DNA of 64,000 bases from Phoronis australis (Eukaryota; Animalia; Phoronida), in the NCBI GenBank assembly GCA_002633005.1, contig NMRA01000009.1:324518-388517 (forward strand), in the 5' to 3' direction. Positions 36,601-47,836 of this stretch are shown here, piece by piece. The notes under the pieces were generated by a model. That model ran no database searches. It was not told the origin of the DNA and was given only the letters and a program-made list of their open reading frames with translations. How positions within the stretch are numbered: the first letter of the stretch is position 1; the number at the start of each line of letters is the position of its first letter. Made by a program: the position numbers and the translations under genes.

Positions 36601-39600
36601 TTTTCAAGTGCATTTAGATGACCGGCATGCTGCAAAAACGGAGGCCCGTCCTAACAACAATATCCTGGCCAGGGCCCTCAAAGGGTAAATCATGCACTGA
36701 TACTGACTTGTCAAATGTGCTTTTGAATTTTCTCCCTTATCCTTACTCGTAGTCTTTCTTTTCTCGACTATCCCCGACCCCACACCTATGTCGGTTGCCA
36801 TGGTTAAACCCTGACGAATGTAAAATTTTGAGGTGGCACATGCAATCTTGAGATTAAGCGAGATTCAAAGTTCACGCACAGCAGCTTTTCATCTATTTAC
36901 TTGTTTTTGGGATATTGATTTCACAATTGTGATGTGCAGTGTTATAAAGGAAGGTTTAATGATGCTGACAATGTAGTCACTTGTCAAAACAAGGTAAATG
37001 GTGGTTTTAAGCTCTTTAACTGTGGTTAAAGTATCACAGTCATGTTACTTTGTGTACCTTTTGAGTAATTGCCGAGATTATCGGACCCAGGAGTCCAACC
37101 CCAAGCGTGCTAACCATTCAGCTAATAGGCAATTGCCAGTTAACGAGTAGCCAACAGAGGTTCATACGAATCATCGGAAGCACATCTACAGCGAAGTGTT
37201 GATCGACACCAGGAGTAGGTCACCCATCTGCCAGAGGTCACCCATGTGCCAGTCAAGCTGAGAGGATGTCACCCATCTGCCAGAGGTCACCCATGTGCCA
37301 GTCAAGCTGAGAGGAGGTCACCCATCTGCCAGAGGTCACCCATCTGCCAGTCAAGCTGAGAGGAGGTCACGCATCTGCCAGAGGTCACCCATGTGCCAGT
37401 CAAGCTGAGAGGAGGTCACGCATCTGCCAGAAGTCACCCATGTGCCAGTCAAACTGAGAGGATGTCACCCATCTGCCAGAGGTCACCCATCTGCCAGTCA
37501 AGCTGAGAGGAAGTCACCCATCTGCCAGAGGTCATCCATCTGCCAGTCAAGCTGAGAAGTCACCCATCTGCCAGAGGTCACCCATCTGCCAGTCAAGCTG
37601 AGTGGAAGCACAGACAAGGAGTCTCACTACTCTTCGTCATTTGTTTAACTATTTCAACTTCTCTAGAAAGTGGTCACTCTCGCTCACTACACCTTACTTT
37701 CCCAACCTTGCTCAAGATTTTTTCAATTATATTTTGCCCTATTCAGCCAGCTAAAAATGACAGACGAATTAGACTTTTTACGCTCATGAATTCGGCCTCA
37801 TAATGTCCAACTGTGATCTATCTACCAACAAGAACTCTGAAACCATCAGGAACAGAAAATGCTTCCTGAGCTTATTGGGTTGACCAACCCTAAAATGGTG
37901 ATTCGAAAATGACGCATCTACTCATTTCCTGTCAGTGTGATTTGAGTTGCCGGCTCCTTCGTCAACAAATCTTACAAAGTACTTCAGTTCAAAATTCAAC
38001 ATTGATGGCTACTTCCATCAGACTGAGCCAAGAATGAAACCCTTACATATCAAAACATCAATTTTTTGTGTACCAGTAGCCTTCAACTAAATTTTAAGAA
38101 AGTCAACCATTTGGCTTTTAGTTGAATGGCTTTAGTTCACGCACAAAGAACACACATTGGGTGTTCGATTCCCAGTGATACAAAAACACAAAGCATGTAC
38201 TAAACGCGGAACCAAAACAAAATCCTCTGATGTGAATGGCAGCTGTAAAGAGGGAATGATTCTGTACAAAATTTGACTTGAATCTTAATTTGTTTCGGGT
38301 GTCTGGATCAATTAGATGCTCTGCGGTCATATCTGTACACTTGATGACAATGTGGAGACTGCATGATCTCGCATCACTTGTGACTCACTTCCAAAGCCTA
38401 ACCGGAGGTTGTTCACTAATTCAGTTTCTTGCAAGAAAGACAAGATCTTGCAAGACCTTGCTTTGATCTCAAGTGAAAGGCGAGTGTTTCGTGAGTATGA
38501 TCAAAAGCTTGCTAGCCTATCCTTGCAAAATTATGGCCACTGAAGTGAATGGTTGGTGAGGGTGAAGCATTGAATTGTTGAATTGAATGTACTGTATTCA
38601 TTCCATATGCAAGGATTTTTTGTGCAAGTGCCACCTGATGTCATGTGGTCTACAAAAATCAACCCTGAAACTTGACTATCAGCCTCATTAGCTTTTGTTT
38701 GTCTAGGCATGCGGACTGCCAATCCCAGGTTCACTTCCATGTGACTGCGATAAATTTTCTCACAGGAATTCAATGCCAACACAATTCTACAGCCTGGTAT
38801 TAGGAAAATGGATACTGTAGCCAAATTAATATCAAGACTACTTATCTTCACACATTTTTTAGCCAATATTGTAATAACTGCCAAGTATGAATATTCATTT
38901 CAAGTCGGCCATCTTGACTAACCAATCATCCACAACAAATTAGTCGCACCAATGTGTATTGCAGGAACCATCCCAAAGTTGGACAGATGATTTGCCGGTG
39001 TGCCATCTGTCAGGTGTTGGCTTCTCCACCAATCAGATTTATAGAGAAGATGGTAACAGGAGGGAAGGACATGAGTTTGAAGACAAAAGTTTTCACTTCA
39101 GGTATATAGTGCTCAAAACAGAGATTCTGTTTTTAGTTCCACACACATTGTGAACACTTCAAGTATAGATTGTACAAAACGGAACTTCTGTTTCTTGTAC
39201 CATACACATTGTGAACACTTCAGGTATATAGTGCACAAAGCAGAGCCTTTATTTTTTCAAAATACCACACACATTGTGAACTGCAGTAAAAGTGCTTTGG
39301 TTTGTGTCACACTATTTTCGATGTAAGTGCAATTCTATTTTGTCTAATTTTTCAATAACATTTTGACTGTTGTAGCTGCATAGAATGGTTATTTTAGCAA
39401 TTATTTTTGTCCCAAATGGAAGAATTGATGTTGTCCTCTGTAACCATCAGTGAACCATCATGCTATGTACTTTCAAGGGCTGATGACCAGTGTCAGATCT
39501 ATGGTGTTTTTGATGGACACAGTGGTGTGCGAGCATGCAGTTTTGCAGCCCAGAAGTTGCCAGCAGAGCTATTGTTTGGCCAGCTGGACCAGGCAAAGTC

Positions 39601-42600
39601 TGACCAGTTGGTGATGACAGTTCTTCATCAGGTACAGCATAGATTCTTGCTGTGTAATGTCACCCTATGTGCATTGCTAGTGTAAATAGCAACTAAGTGG
39701 CATTTCTTGGCATAGCTGGCAGATTGGAAATGACTACAAAAGTTCAATCACCAGATTTTTATATTGGTTAAAAAATATCAATGCAAGAGACAAAATGTCT
39801 AACTTTAAGATATGTGCAAAATACGAAAAATTACTGAAAATGTTTTTATTCAGGATTTTATATATTACCGGTACACGTACTTTTTATATGTGGACGCATT
39901 ATGCCGTCATCTCCATCCATCCGTCCGGTGTCTGGCGTTCGCTGCTCTATCTCCAAAACGTCTTGACATAGGTTCATGAAATTTTGCACGTGTCCCCTCT
40001 GTGGATGGGACAGCATGAGCAAACTTTTGGACGGATCTGACTACCGGTGTGCCCCCTAGTGGCAATGTTAGTTTTTTACGTTTACCTCTGTATCTTTAAA
40101 AGTCCTCAACGGATTTTCATAAAATTTGGTGTATAGGCACTATCCTCCTGTTTTGGGAAGAATTCAATGTAGTTTGCGCCACCTAGTAGCAATTTTTACT
40201 GTTTTCGAGTCTGTTTTTTGGCGTCCACTTGCCTATCAACCAAACTGCTTTCAGGATAATTGTGAAAATTGGCATGTATGTTTTTACTATGGTGTGGACG
40301 GCTGACAATTACTTTCCTACAACTTCGACTACTGTGGTGCCTCCTAGTGGCAGTTTTGTTTTTCCGCTCATGTTTATATCTCCTAAACCGTTTGCAGGAT
40401 CTTTACTTAATTTAGCAAGTGTACTTATATGATATTGACAACGGACGACGATGACTTTCGAACGGATCTGACTACTGGTGTGTCCCCTAGTGGCAATTTT
40501 AGTTTTTTTACATTTACCTCTGTATCTTCAAAGGTCCTCAACAGATTTTCATAACATTTTGAATATATATATAGGCATCTATTGGTGAGATGACGCTATC
40601 CTTCTGGTTTTGGATGAAATCGAGGTATTTTGCGCTACTTAGTGGCCATTGTTGCTGTTTTCGAATCTTGTTTTTGGTGTCCAAATCATTCTAGGGATGA
40701 TTTTGAAAATTGGCGTATATGTTCTGTGTGAAGGGGGATGTTTGATGATGGCAACTGACTACTAAGGCGCCTCCTAGTGGTAGTTCTGTTTTGTTTTGTG
40801 CACATAGCTGTATCTCTTAAACCCATTGCAGGATCTTTATTAGATTTAGTAAGTGTATTAATATATGAAGATAGCAGATGATGACGACTTACAGCTGGAT
40901 CCAATGGACGCTGTGTCCACAACTGGCAATTTCATTTTATTCTGTTTTCCATTCTTTCTCTGAAGTTCCTTGACAGATTTTTATGAAATCTGGCATGTTA
41001 CCATTTTTGGATGAATTGTACATTTTTGCGCCACCTAGTGGCCATTTTTATGATATAAATAAAGAATCCTAAAAGCACACCATTTGCGAAGCATTCGTGG
41101 GCGCATTTCAATGCTCCGCGTTGCTCTTGTTAAAGGCCTCAGTATTATTGTTAGTTCATCCATTTGTTGTGTTGAATTAATGTGCACACATGTTGTTTAC
41201 TGTGTCATTTGTGTAAAGCTACTTTTCACCCTGTTTAGCTGGCTAAAAAGGAAAATCAAATTAGGCCTTTTACTCTCGTAATAGTCCTTACTGTAATAGG
41301 ATTCTGCTTGCATGACCAACTTGCATCACAGGCCAATGAATGCGTAATAGTGCCATAAAGAATTCACAGTGTCAGGGTTGGCCAATCACAATAAAGTCTG
41401 AAATCTTTTCTCAAGTCGCTATTTGTTTGAAGTTCTTGTCAGTAATAGAAATATAATCCTACCACAATAAAGATTATCAGGAGACCGATTTTATTAGAGT
41501 AAAATACCTAATTCAATTTTTGTGTTTCAACCAGCAAATGGTGAAATTCAGCTTCAAGTGTGTTTCTGTTATTTTCTGTTTATTTTTCGTAATTAAGGCT
41601 TTTATTGCTGTGGAGAAAGGTTTCTTTGAATCCATAGACGAGGCTCTGGCTGAAAGAACAACACTACAGCTAAGACTGCAGGTATGTTTTACATTGAAAT
41701 GATTGCAGCTACTGTTGAGACATGCATTTTAGCTGTCTGTCGCTACTGTTAGATTGTATCCAAAACTTTTCTTGTGTTTATTCATTTCCCAGAAATTTAG
41801 AAGTATGGTACAGACCAGTTGTAATTAGACAAAATATCATGAAATGAGTAATGATGACCCATCGTGTCTCATTCACCCGTGTTTGTTAACTGTCTGATAA
41901 ATTTCGTCATTCTGATCATAATGGACAACCACTTTTAGGCGGTAAGTTCCACTGGCACTCAGCTGTTGTGATTAAGAATTCCGAGTCATTTTGTCTAATG
42001 TCTTCTTGTGTAAGAGCAACTGCCTTGGCTTGGTATTGTATTGTGTAGTGTGTCCGTTCACTCAGTTGCTACTTATGATTTGTATGTCCCCACATATACA
42101 TATGTGGGTGCATGTGGCCATCATCTGTGTCTGGGCGTCCAGACGTCTGTCATCTGCTGCTGCATCTCCTCAAACCTCTTGCATGGTCTTAATGAGATTT
42201 GGCAAATGTATTCTTATGAAGCTCAAGCTAAGACATAATGCTTTCCAGTGCTTTCTGAACTTAACTCTCATTGTATTTTTCATAGTAAACATTAAAATTA
42301 GCTGACAACAGATGACGGTGAATTTCAGATCAATTTGACTATGTTGTGCCCCCTAGTGCCAATTTTAATTCCTTCTATTTGTCTCTGTATCTTTGGAATT
42401 CTTTGATACATTTTCATGAAATTTGGCAAATAAGGTGACAATGACGCCTTCTCATTTTCGGACATATTTGATGATTCTTCGCCATCTAATGGGTATTTTT
42501 GAGTCCTTTTTTGGCGTCCCCCCATTCTATTTGCTAAACCGCTTGAAGGATCATTATGAAAATTGGCAGATGTGTTCCTGATCAAGCAACGGCAACTGGT

Positions 42601-45600
42601 GCCCCCTAATGTTGTTTAGTATTTTGCATCTGCAGCTGCATCTCCTTGACCCTTTGCAGGAACTTTTTGAAATGTTGCAGATGTGTTCCTATGGAGTTGA
42701 CAACAGATGACTATGAATTTTAGATTAACCTGACTACTGTTGTGCCATTTTCCTGTGTATCTTTGAAGTTTAACCTGACTACTGTTGTGCCATTTTCCTG
42801 TGTATCTTTGAAGTTCATTGATTTTTGTAAAATTTGACAAATAGGTGTCTGTTTAGGATACAACAATGCCTTACTATTTTTGGGCAAATTCCATGTATTC
42901 TGTGCCACATGGTGGCCAATTTTATTATTTCGAATCCTTTTTTGGGTTTGCCTTTTTAACCGCTCAAAGAATAATAATTATAAGATGGTGATTTTTGGAC
43001 TGATCTGACAACTGTGGCATCCTCTGCCGTGGGTGATTTTGTCATTTTTGGGTCCATGACTGGATCTTTGTGAAATTTTATGTGTTTTCCTATTTAGGTG
43101 GTAATGGCTGCTCACAATGTTTGGACGACTCTGACTCCCGCTGTGCCCCCTAGTGGCAAGTGTAGTTTTTATGTTTACCTTTGTATCTTTTCATTAAACT
43201 TGGCAAACTAGTTCTTGTTATGAAGGCAACAATACCTTTTCACTTTGGGATGGAGTCAACATATTCTGTGCCACCTGGTGGCCAATTTAACTAAGTTTGT
43301 TGTCTGCTGCTCAGAGGATCATTATGAAAAGTCAGATGTGTAGTACTGACAAGAGCAAAATTGACGGGGATTTTTAGATGTGCCCCATTATGGCATTGTT
43401 TGGGGGTCTGTGGCTTGCAAGAGCTTTCGGAAATTTGGCAAGTATATTCCAAATAACTTAAAAATAAATGAATCTGACTACAGCTATGACACCTAATAGC
43501 AATTTTTTTAGCATTTGTCTCTGCATCTTTGTAGTTCCTTGATGCATTTTTTGAAATTTGGCATATCATGTTGCATTAGAGAGCGAAGCGACGACGCCTT
43601 TCCATTTTCATATGATATTGAGTGACGTATTTTGTGTCATCTAATGGCAATCACGATACTGATTATCATCCGTAGAAACATACTGTTTACCATGCAATCA
43701 TGGGCACATTTCAACTATTTGCATTGTTTGTGTATATGGAACCAAGACCTTTATACTTGAAATAAGTGAACATTGTATTCCTTTTGATCCAGGATACCAG
43801 TGAGTATGAGACTTACTCTAGGTACCCAGAGGAAGTACACAGACTGAGAGAACTGGACGCTGAGATTTGTAGTGGTACTGCTGCTGTGGTCGCTCTTGTC
43901 TTTAATAAGAGACTCTATGTTGCTAATATAGGTAAGGACGTCCTATTTATGATCGCCCTCATGAAAAAATGGGACGTATTGAAAATGATTCCTTATAGCA
44001 TTTTAGAGAAAAGTGCATAAAGTTTTATGTGAATCCAATGATTCGCTGCTTCTGAGATTTGATGCTCCAAATTTGAACATTTTTTGACTCCTTCATGACC
44101 TGAATTACAATTGAATTTACCCAGTCTCAGCTTATGACGTGGATATTGCAGGTCTGTTTTGACTCAGACCCTTTCAGTTTATGCCCAAGTCACTGGCCCT
44201 GTCAATTCTAATATCTAGTTCAAATTCATTTTTATGTGCCCACATATTTATATGTGGTCGGATATTGCCGTCATCTCTGTCTGGGCGTCCGGCGTCCGCA
44301 GCTGTGTCTCCTAAACCCCTCACAGGATCTTGATGGATGAGATTTGGCAGATGTGTTCTTATCAAGCTGACAATGGATGACGACAAATTTCAGACCTCTT
44401 CGTCTACGGGTGTGCCCCCTAGTGGAAATTTTAGTTTTTTTACGCTCACCTCTGTATCTTCGGAGGTCCTCAACGTATTTTCACTAAATTTTGAATATAG
44501 GCATCTATTAATGAGATGACACTATCCTCTCGTTTTCGGATGGGTTCAACGTAGTTTGCACCACCTAGTGGCCATTTTTACTGTTTTCGAATCTGCTTTT
44601 TGGCGTCCACCATCTAGTGGTCATTTTTATGATACAAATAACTCTAGAAGCACACCATTTGTGGTGCATTCGTGGGCACATTTCAATGCTCTTTTTGCTC
44701 TTGTTTAAGTATTGACTCATGAACTTGAACATCTTAGGTAACAGTCGAGCCCTGCTTTGTAAAATGGATGACCAGAATGTGTTGCGTGTCATACAGTTGT
44801 CCATCGACCACACTGTGTCTAATGAGCAAGAGCTATTACGACTATCACAGCTGGGACTACCTGTGGAACAAGTGAAGAACTGTAGTAAACTGGGACATCA
44901 TGTCTATACCAGGTGCATAGGTGACTATAGTGTGAAAGGTGGCTACAAGGATATTGAGAACCTAAGGTAATGTATACAATAGAAGACATTTAAATATTTG
45001 GAAATGAGGTTTTGGGGGTGTGTTTTCCATGTAACCCATTTCTTGTGAAAGAAATGTTAGCACGGACATTTTTTTGAAAAGCCTTCTGATTGGGTCATAT
45101 TGTGTTGATGAGGACTGGGAGAATAGTCATCGGCATTTGGGATACTTAGTTGAAACCTCCAGCGCACCTTATTTAAAATTGTGTAGAATACTCTCTCCTG
45201 GTAGGAATTGAACTGATGTTTCTTGTCTTCTCTGGGAGTTAGGACAGTTTTAGTAATAATGTTTGCATTTTAGGTAGACAACTTTGGCGAAATCTTTAAA
45301 ACCATAATATATCAGAACTTTAAGACTTGTCTATACTCTGTCAAGGTAACTGCAAAGTTTGAAAGCTAAGTAATCATGCGATATAGTGTTTCAGTTGTTT
45401 ATTCTTTTTCATAGGTCAGCTGTCTCGGAGCCAGTGATAGCTGAACCTGATATCCAAGGTGGATTTGCCTTGGATGAGTCATGCAGTTTTCTCATACTCA
45501 TGAGTGACGGTGTGTATAAGTCACTAGAGGACGCTACAGGCACTGAGCATGTTAACAGGGAGATCGCTAGCATGGTGGCTACAGAGTTCACTGTTCAGAC

Positions 45601-46288
45601 AACTCTGAATGGTGTGGCACAGGCTGTTGTAGATAAAATAGTGCGGATACACCATGATAAGTTTATGACTGCTGATGATGGGGCTAAATCTGTTTGTGAG
45701 AGACGTGACGACATGACTCTGTTGGTGAGGAACTTTAATTTTCCACTTGCTAAGTCTGTCAGTAGCCCAATACCTGTTGCCACTAACACACTGACAAACA
45801 CGGGATTCAATCGAGCTGTGTTCATTGCTAAACATCCACAGCTGGCCAACGAGGTCACCCTGAGACATGGCACTCAGTCCTCCACATTGCACACTACCAA
45901 TACATACACAAGCTCCAATGACTCGTCGCAAGATTGTAACTCACTCATGTCAAGAAATAGAAGTCTGCGAACTCCATTAGAACTTGATAAAGATGGCAGA
46001 GTAGAAGCCTACGTCAATTTCTCTGGCTTTTACGAAGCACTGGAAGAGCTGACTGACTCTCAGCGCGCATCACTTGATAAAGACACAGAGCCGCCACCAC
46101 CACATATTGACACCATCTCTGAGGAGGATGACAGTAAGGATGGTGATAAGGACACAGAGAGATACACAGACAGACCAGATAGTGATGTTGTCGTCAGTGG
46201 TGACAGTAGTAGTCCTGATGACTGTGTTGATTGCAGTTCCATGAAGGACAGTGCAAGAAAAAGCCAGGAAAATGAGTCAGAGGCATAG
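33613..46288 (+). CDS. TAB1: TAK1-binding protein 1 (PP2C fold); join(33613..33627,38965..39101,39478..39631,41598..41681,43793..43931,44738..44966,45415..46288); 543 aa; first exon tentative
   Basis: SWTDDLPVCHLSGVG, LPAELLFGQL, FFESIDEALAE, LYVANIGNSRALLCK, TRCIGDYSVKGGYKDI, LNGVAQAVVDKIVRIH, DMTLLVRNF and TAK1-binding DGRVEAYVNF; phases consistent. Confidence 0.93.
33855..34128. other. Assembly gap (274 N)
   Basis: Run of N. Confidence 1.
34605..34678. mobile_element. Hairpin MITE (CACAGGC termini)
   Basis: cacaggcacctttagttagccctc / gagggctgattaaaggtgcctgtg; degenerate sibling at 32994-33042. Confidence 0.75.
37218..37602. repeat. Composite minisatellite, 49-bp unit x~8 with duplicated 18-bp core
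   Basis: ggtcacccatctgccagaggtcacccatgtgccagtcaagctgagagga repeated. Confidence 0.93.
38965..39101 (+). CDS. TAB1: TAB1 exon 2
   Basis: ttgcag / gtatat; EPSQSWTDDLPVCHLSGVGFSTNQIY...HEFEDKSFHF. Confidence 0.93.
39478..39631 (+). CDS. TAB1: TAB1 exon 3
   Basis: ttcaag / gtacag; CQIYGVFDGHSG...LPAELLFGQL. Confidence 0.9.
39881..41131 (+). mobile_element. Helentron/DINE-like element copy B
   Basis: catc/cgtc microrepeat near 5' end, tandem subrepeats, 3' gcattcgtgggcgcatttcaatgc hairpin and cttgtt end. Confidence 0.8.
41598..41681 (+). CDS. TAB1: TAB1 exon 4
   Basis: attaag / gtatgt; AFIAVEKGFFESIDEALAERTTLQLRLQ. Confidence 0.9.
42079..43730 (+). mobile_element. Helentron/DINE-like element copy C (more diverged)
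   Basis: 5' atgtccccaca...tgtgggtgcat; about 10 subrepeats; degenerate 3' tgggcacatttcaa. Confidence 0.7.
43793..43931 (+). CDS. TAB1: TAB1 exon 5
   Basis: atccag / gtaagg; ICSGTAAVVALVFNKRLYVANI. Confidence 0.92.
44229..44705 (+). mobile_element. Helentron/DINE-like element copy D (short, both ends present)
   Basis: tttttatgtgcccac start; gcattcgtgggcacatttcaatgc...cttgtt end. Confidence 0.82.
44738..44966 (+). CDS. TAB1: TAB1 exon 6
   Basis: tcttag / gtaatg; GNSRALLCK...TRCIGDYSVKGGYKDIENL. Confidence 0.92.
45415..46288 (+). CDS. TAB1: TAB1 terminal exon
   Basis: tcatag acceptor; ORF 45386..46288; LILMSDGVY, RRDDMTLLVRNF, DGRVEAYVNF. Confidence 0.93.
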
Positions 46289-47554
46289 TATGTTTTTGAC
46301 AATTACAGAAGTTGTGAAATGTTGTTTGCCATTTCTTGAGTACTCAAGCCTGTATTGCTGCTGTTCATTGCAGATGATTAATACCAATGAGGAATTTGAA
46401 ATTTACTTGGTGGTCCCGGCTGCAAGGGTGTGTGCATTCAGGTCATGTGGGTCCCTTATTACTCAAACACCCCTGGCCAATGTTGTTCTCATTTTATTCA
46501 GATATTTAAAAGAGGTCCATTTCTTCATCGGTACTGCCATGTGAATACTGAATATCCTATTGTAAATCCAACGCTTTCACCGACACGGGTTTATGAAGCC
46601 TTGCAATGAGCTAAGAATGCCGTTAGGAATTTTCAGAGCAGATACTCTAAATGTCATTTCACCATTGCAACTCCAAAGTTTAAAAGGTTGATGTGTTTTC
46701 GTTCGCCTCCATCCAGTTACAGAAGTCTTCTGCGATATCCTGTGGTAAGGATTTCTCTTCATATTTTGCCATGTTGTGAGAAAAATGTGGTTTCTGAGTG
46801 TTTTGTCGGTAACACTGTACTGCTTAAGGCTAAAACTTTTCTAGGGTTCTTTTGCTACAAAGGTTAATTAAGCTGGGACTGAAACAAGAGGACACCAAAT
46901 GCAGTGTGTGTTATTCCTGCATACTCACTGGATGGAATTTCCTCTACATTCGGTGCTGCCATCTTGTGGCATTTCCGTAGCAGTGTTTTGAGGTAGCAGT
47001 GACTGGTTTTGCTACACTTTGGAAGCTCACCTATAGCAACTAATCTATTTCGTTGGGTTGTCATGAGCCTGAGGGTTAGAGTTGTGTGTTCAGTGATATG
47101 TTGTATTTGACTGCACCAAACGAAATAACCACAGCCAAGTTGAGGAACTTCTGTGAACAACATTTTTATTATCTCCCACCTAATTGTGTATTGTCTTTGT
47201 TAGTTTGTAATGGAAATCTTAGGAATCCCCCTGAGAGATTTGTTACAACACTTTTAATGAACAACACACTGAAATCAGACTTTTATTTGGTAATTAATGT
47301 AATATACAGATCTGCAAATATGTGAGGTTTCACTAGTATCAGGTACGCAGCTTAATTATGAAATATACTGGTGATATTTAGATGCACCCCTTGCATGTTA
47401 GGCTTTGTTACTGGATACAAAGCTCCTTGATGGAACTTGATGGGGACAGAATCTGCAGGCTTATTTCTCCATAACATGAATACATGTTGTGAAGACAGAA
47501 TCTGCAGGCTTATTTCTCCATAACATGAATACATGTTGTGAGGTACAGATAGTC

Positions 47555-47836
47555 TCATGCTTCTAATAGATAGTAGGCCAACTTATCACTATCTATAACT
47601 ACACATAGAATGATTGAGAACACCATGAAGAGAACAAAGAAACATCTTTCTACAAACTTGACCAACACTTGCCAGTCTCCCTGTTTGGAGGAGTGAGCCA
47701 CTGGTTCAGTGATTGGATGTTCGTCGTCGTTCATGGATTCACTGATGCTGTGCAGGTTCTGTGCATTGGGGAAGGGTGGTGGTTGTTGGTCGCCGCAGAT
47801 GAAGCACAAACAGTTCATAAGACGACTGTAGATGAT
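47555..47836 (-). CDS. Cys-loop receptor terminal exon (TM4)
   Basis: gtttag acceptor; IIYSRLMNCLC...DWQVLVKFVERCFFVLFMVFSIILCVV; follows an 11.2 kb intron. Confidence 0.8.
   Translation of the reverse strand: MIYSRLMNCLCFICGDQQPPPFPNAQNLHSISESMNDDEHPITEPVAHSSKQGDWQVLVKFVERCFFVLFMVFSIILCVVIDSDKLAYYLLEA

Noticed and set aside
36793-36993. Alternative TAB1 first exon with X-box-like gttgccatggttaaac and donor at 36994
   Set aside because: No in-frame ATG for a phase-0 join to exon 2; not excluded as a non-coding start but unsupported
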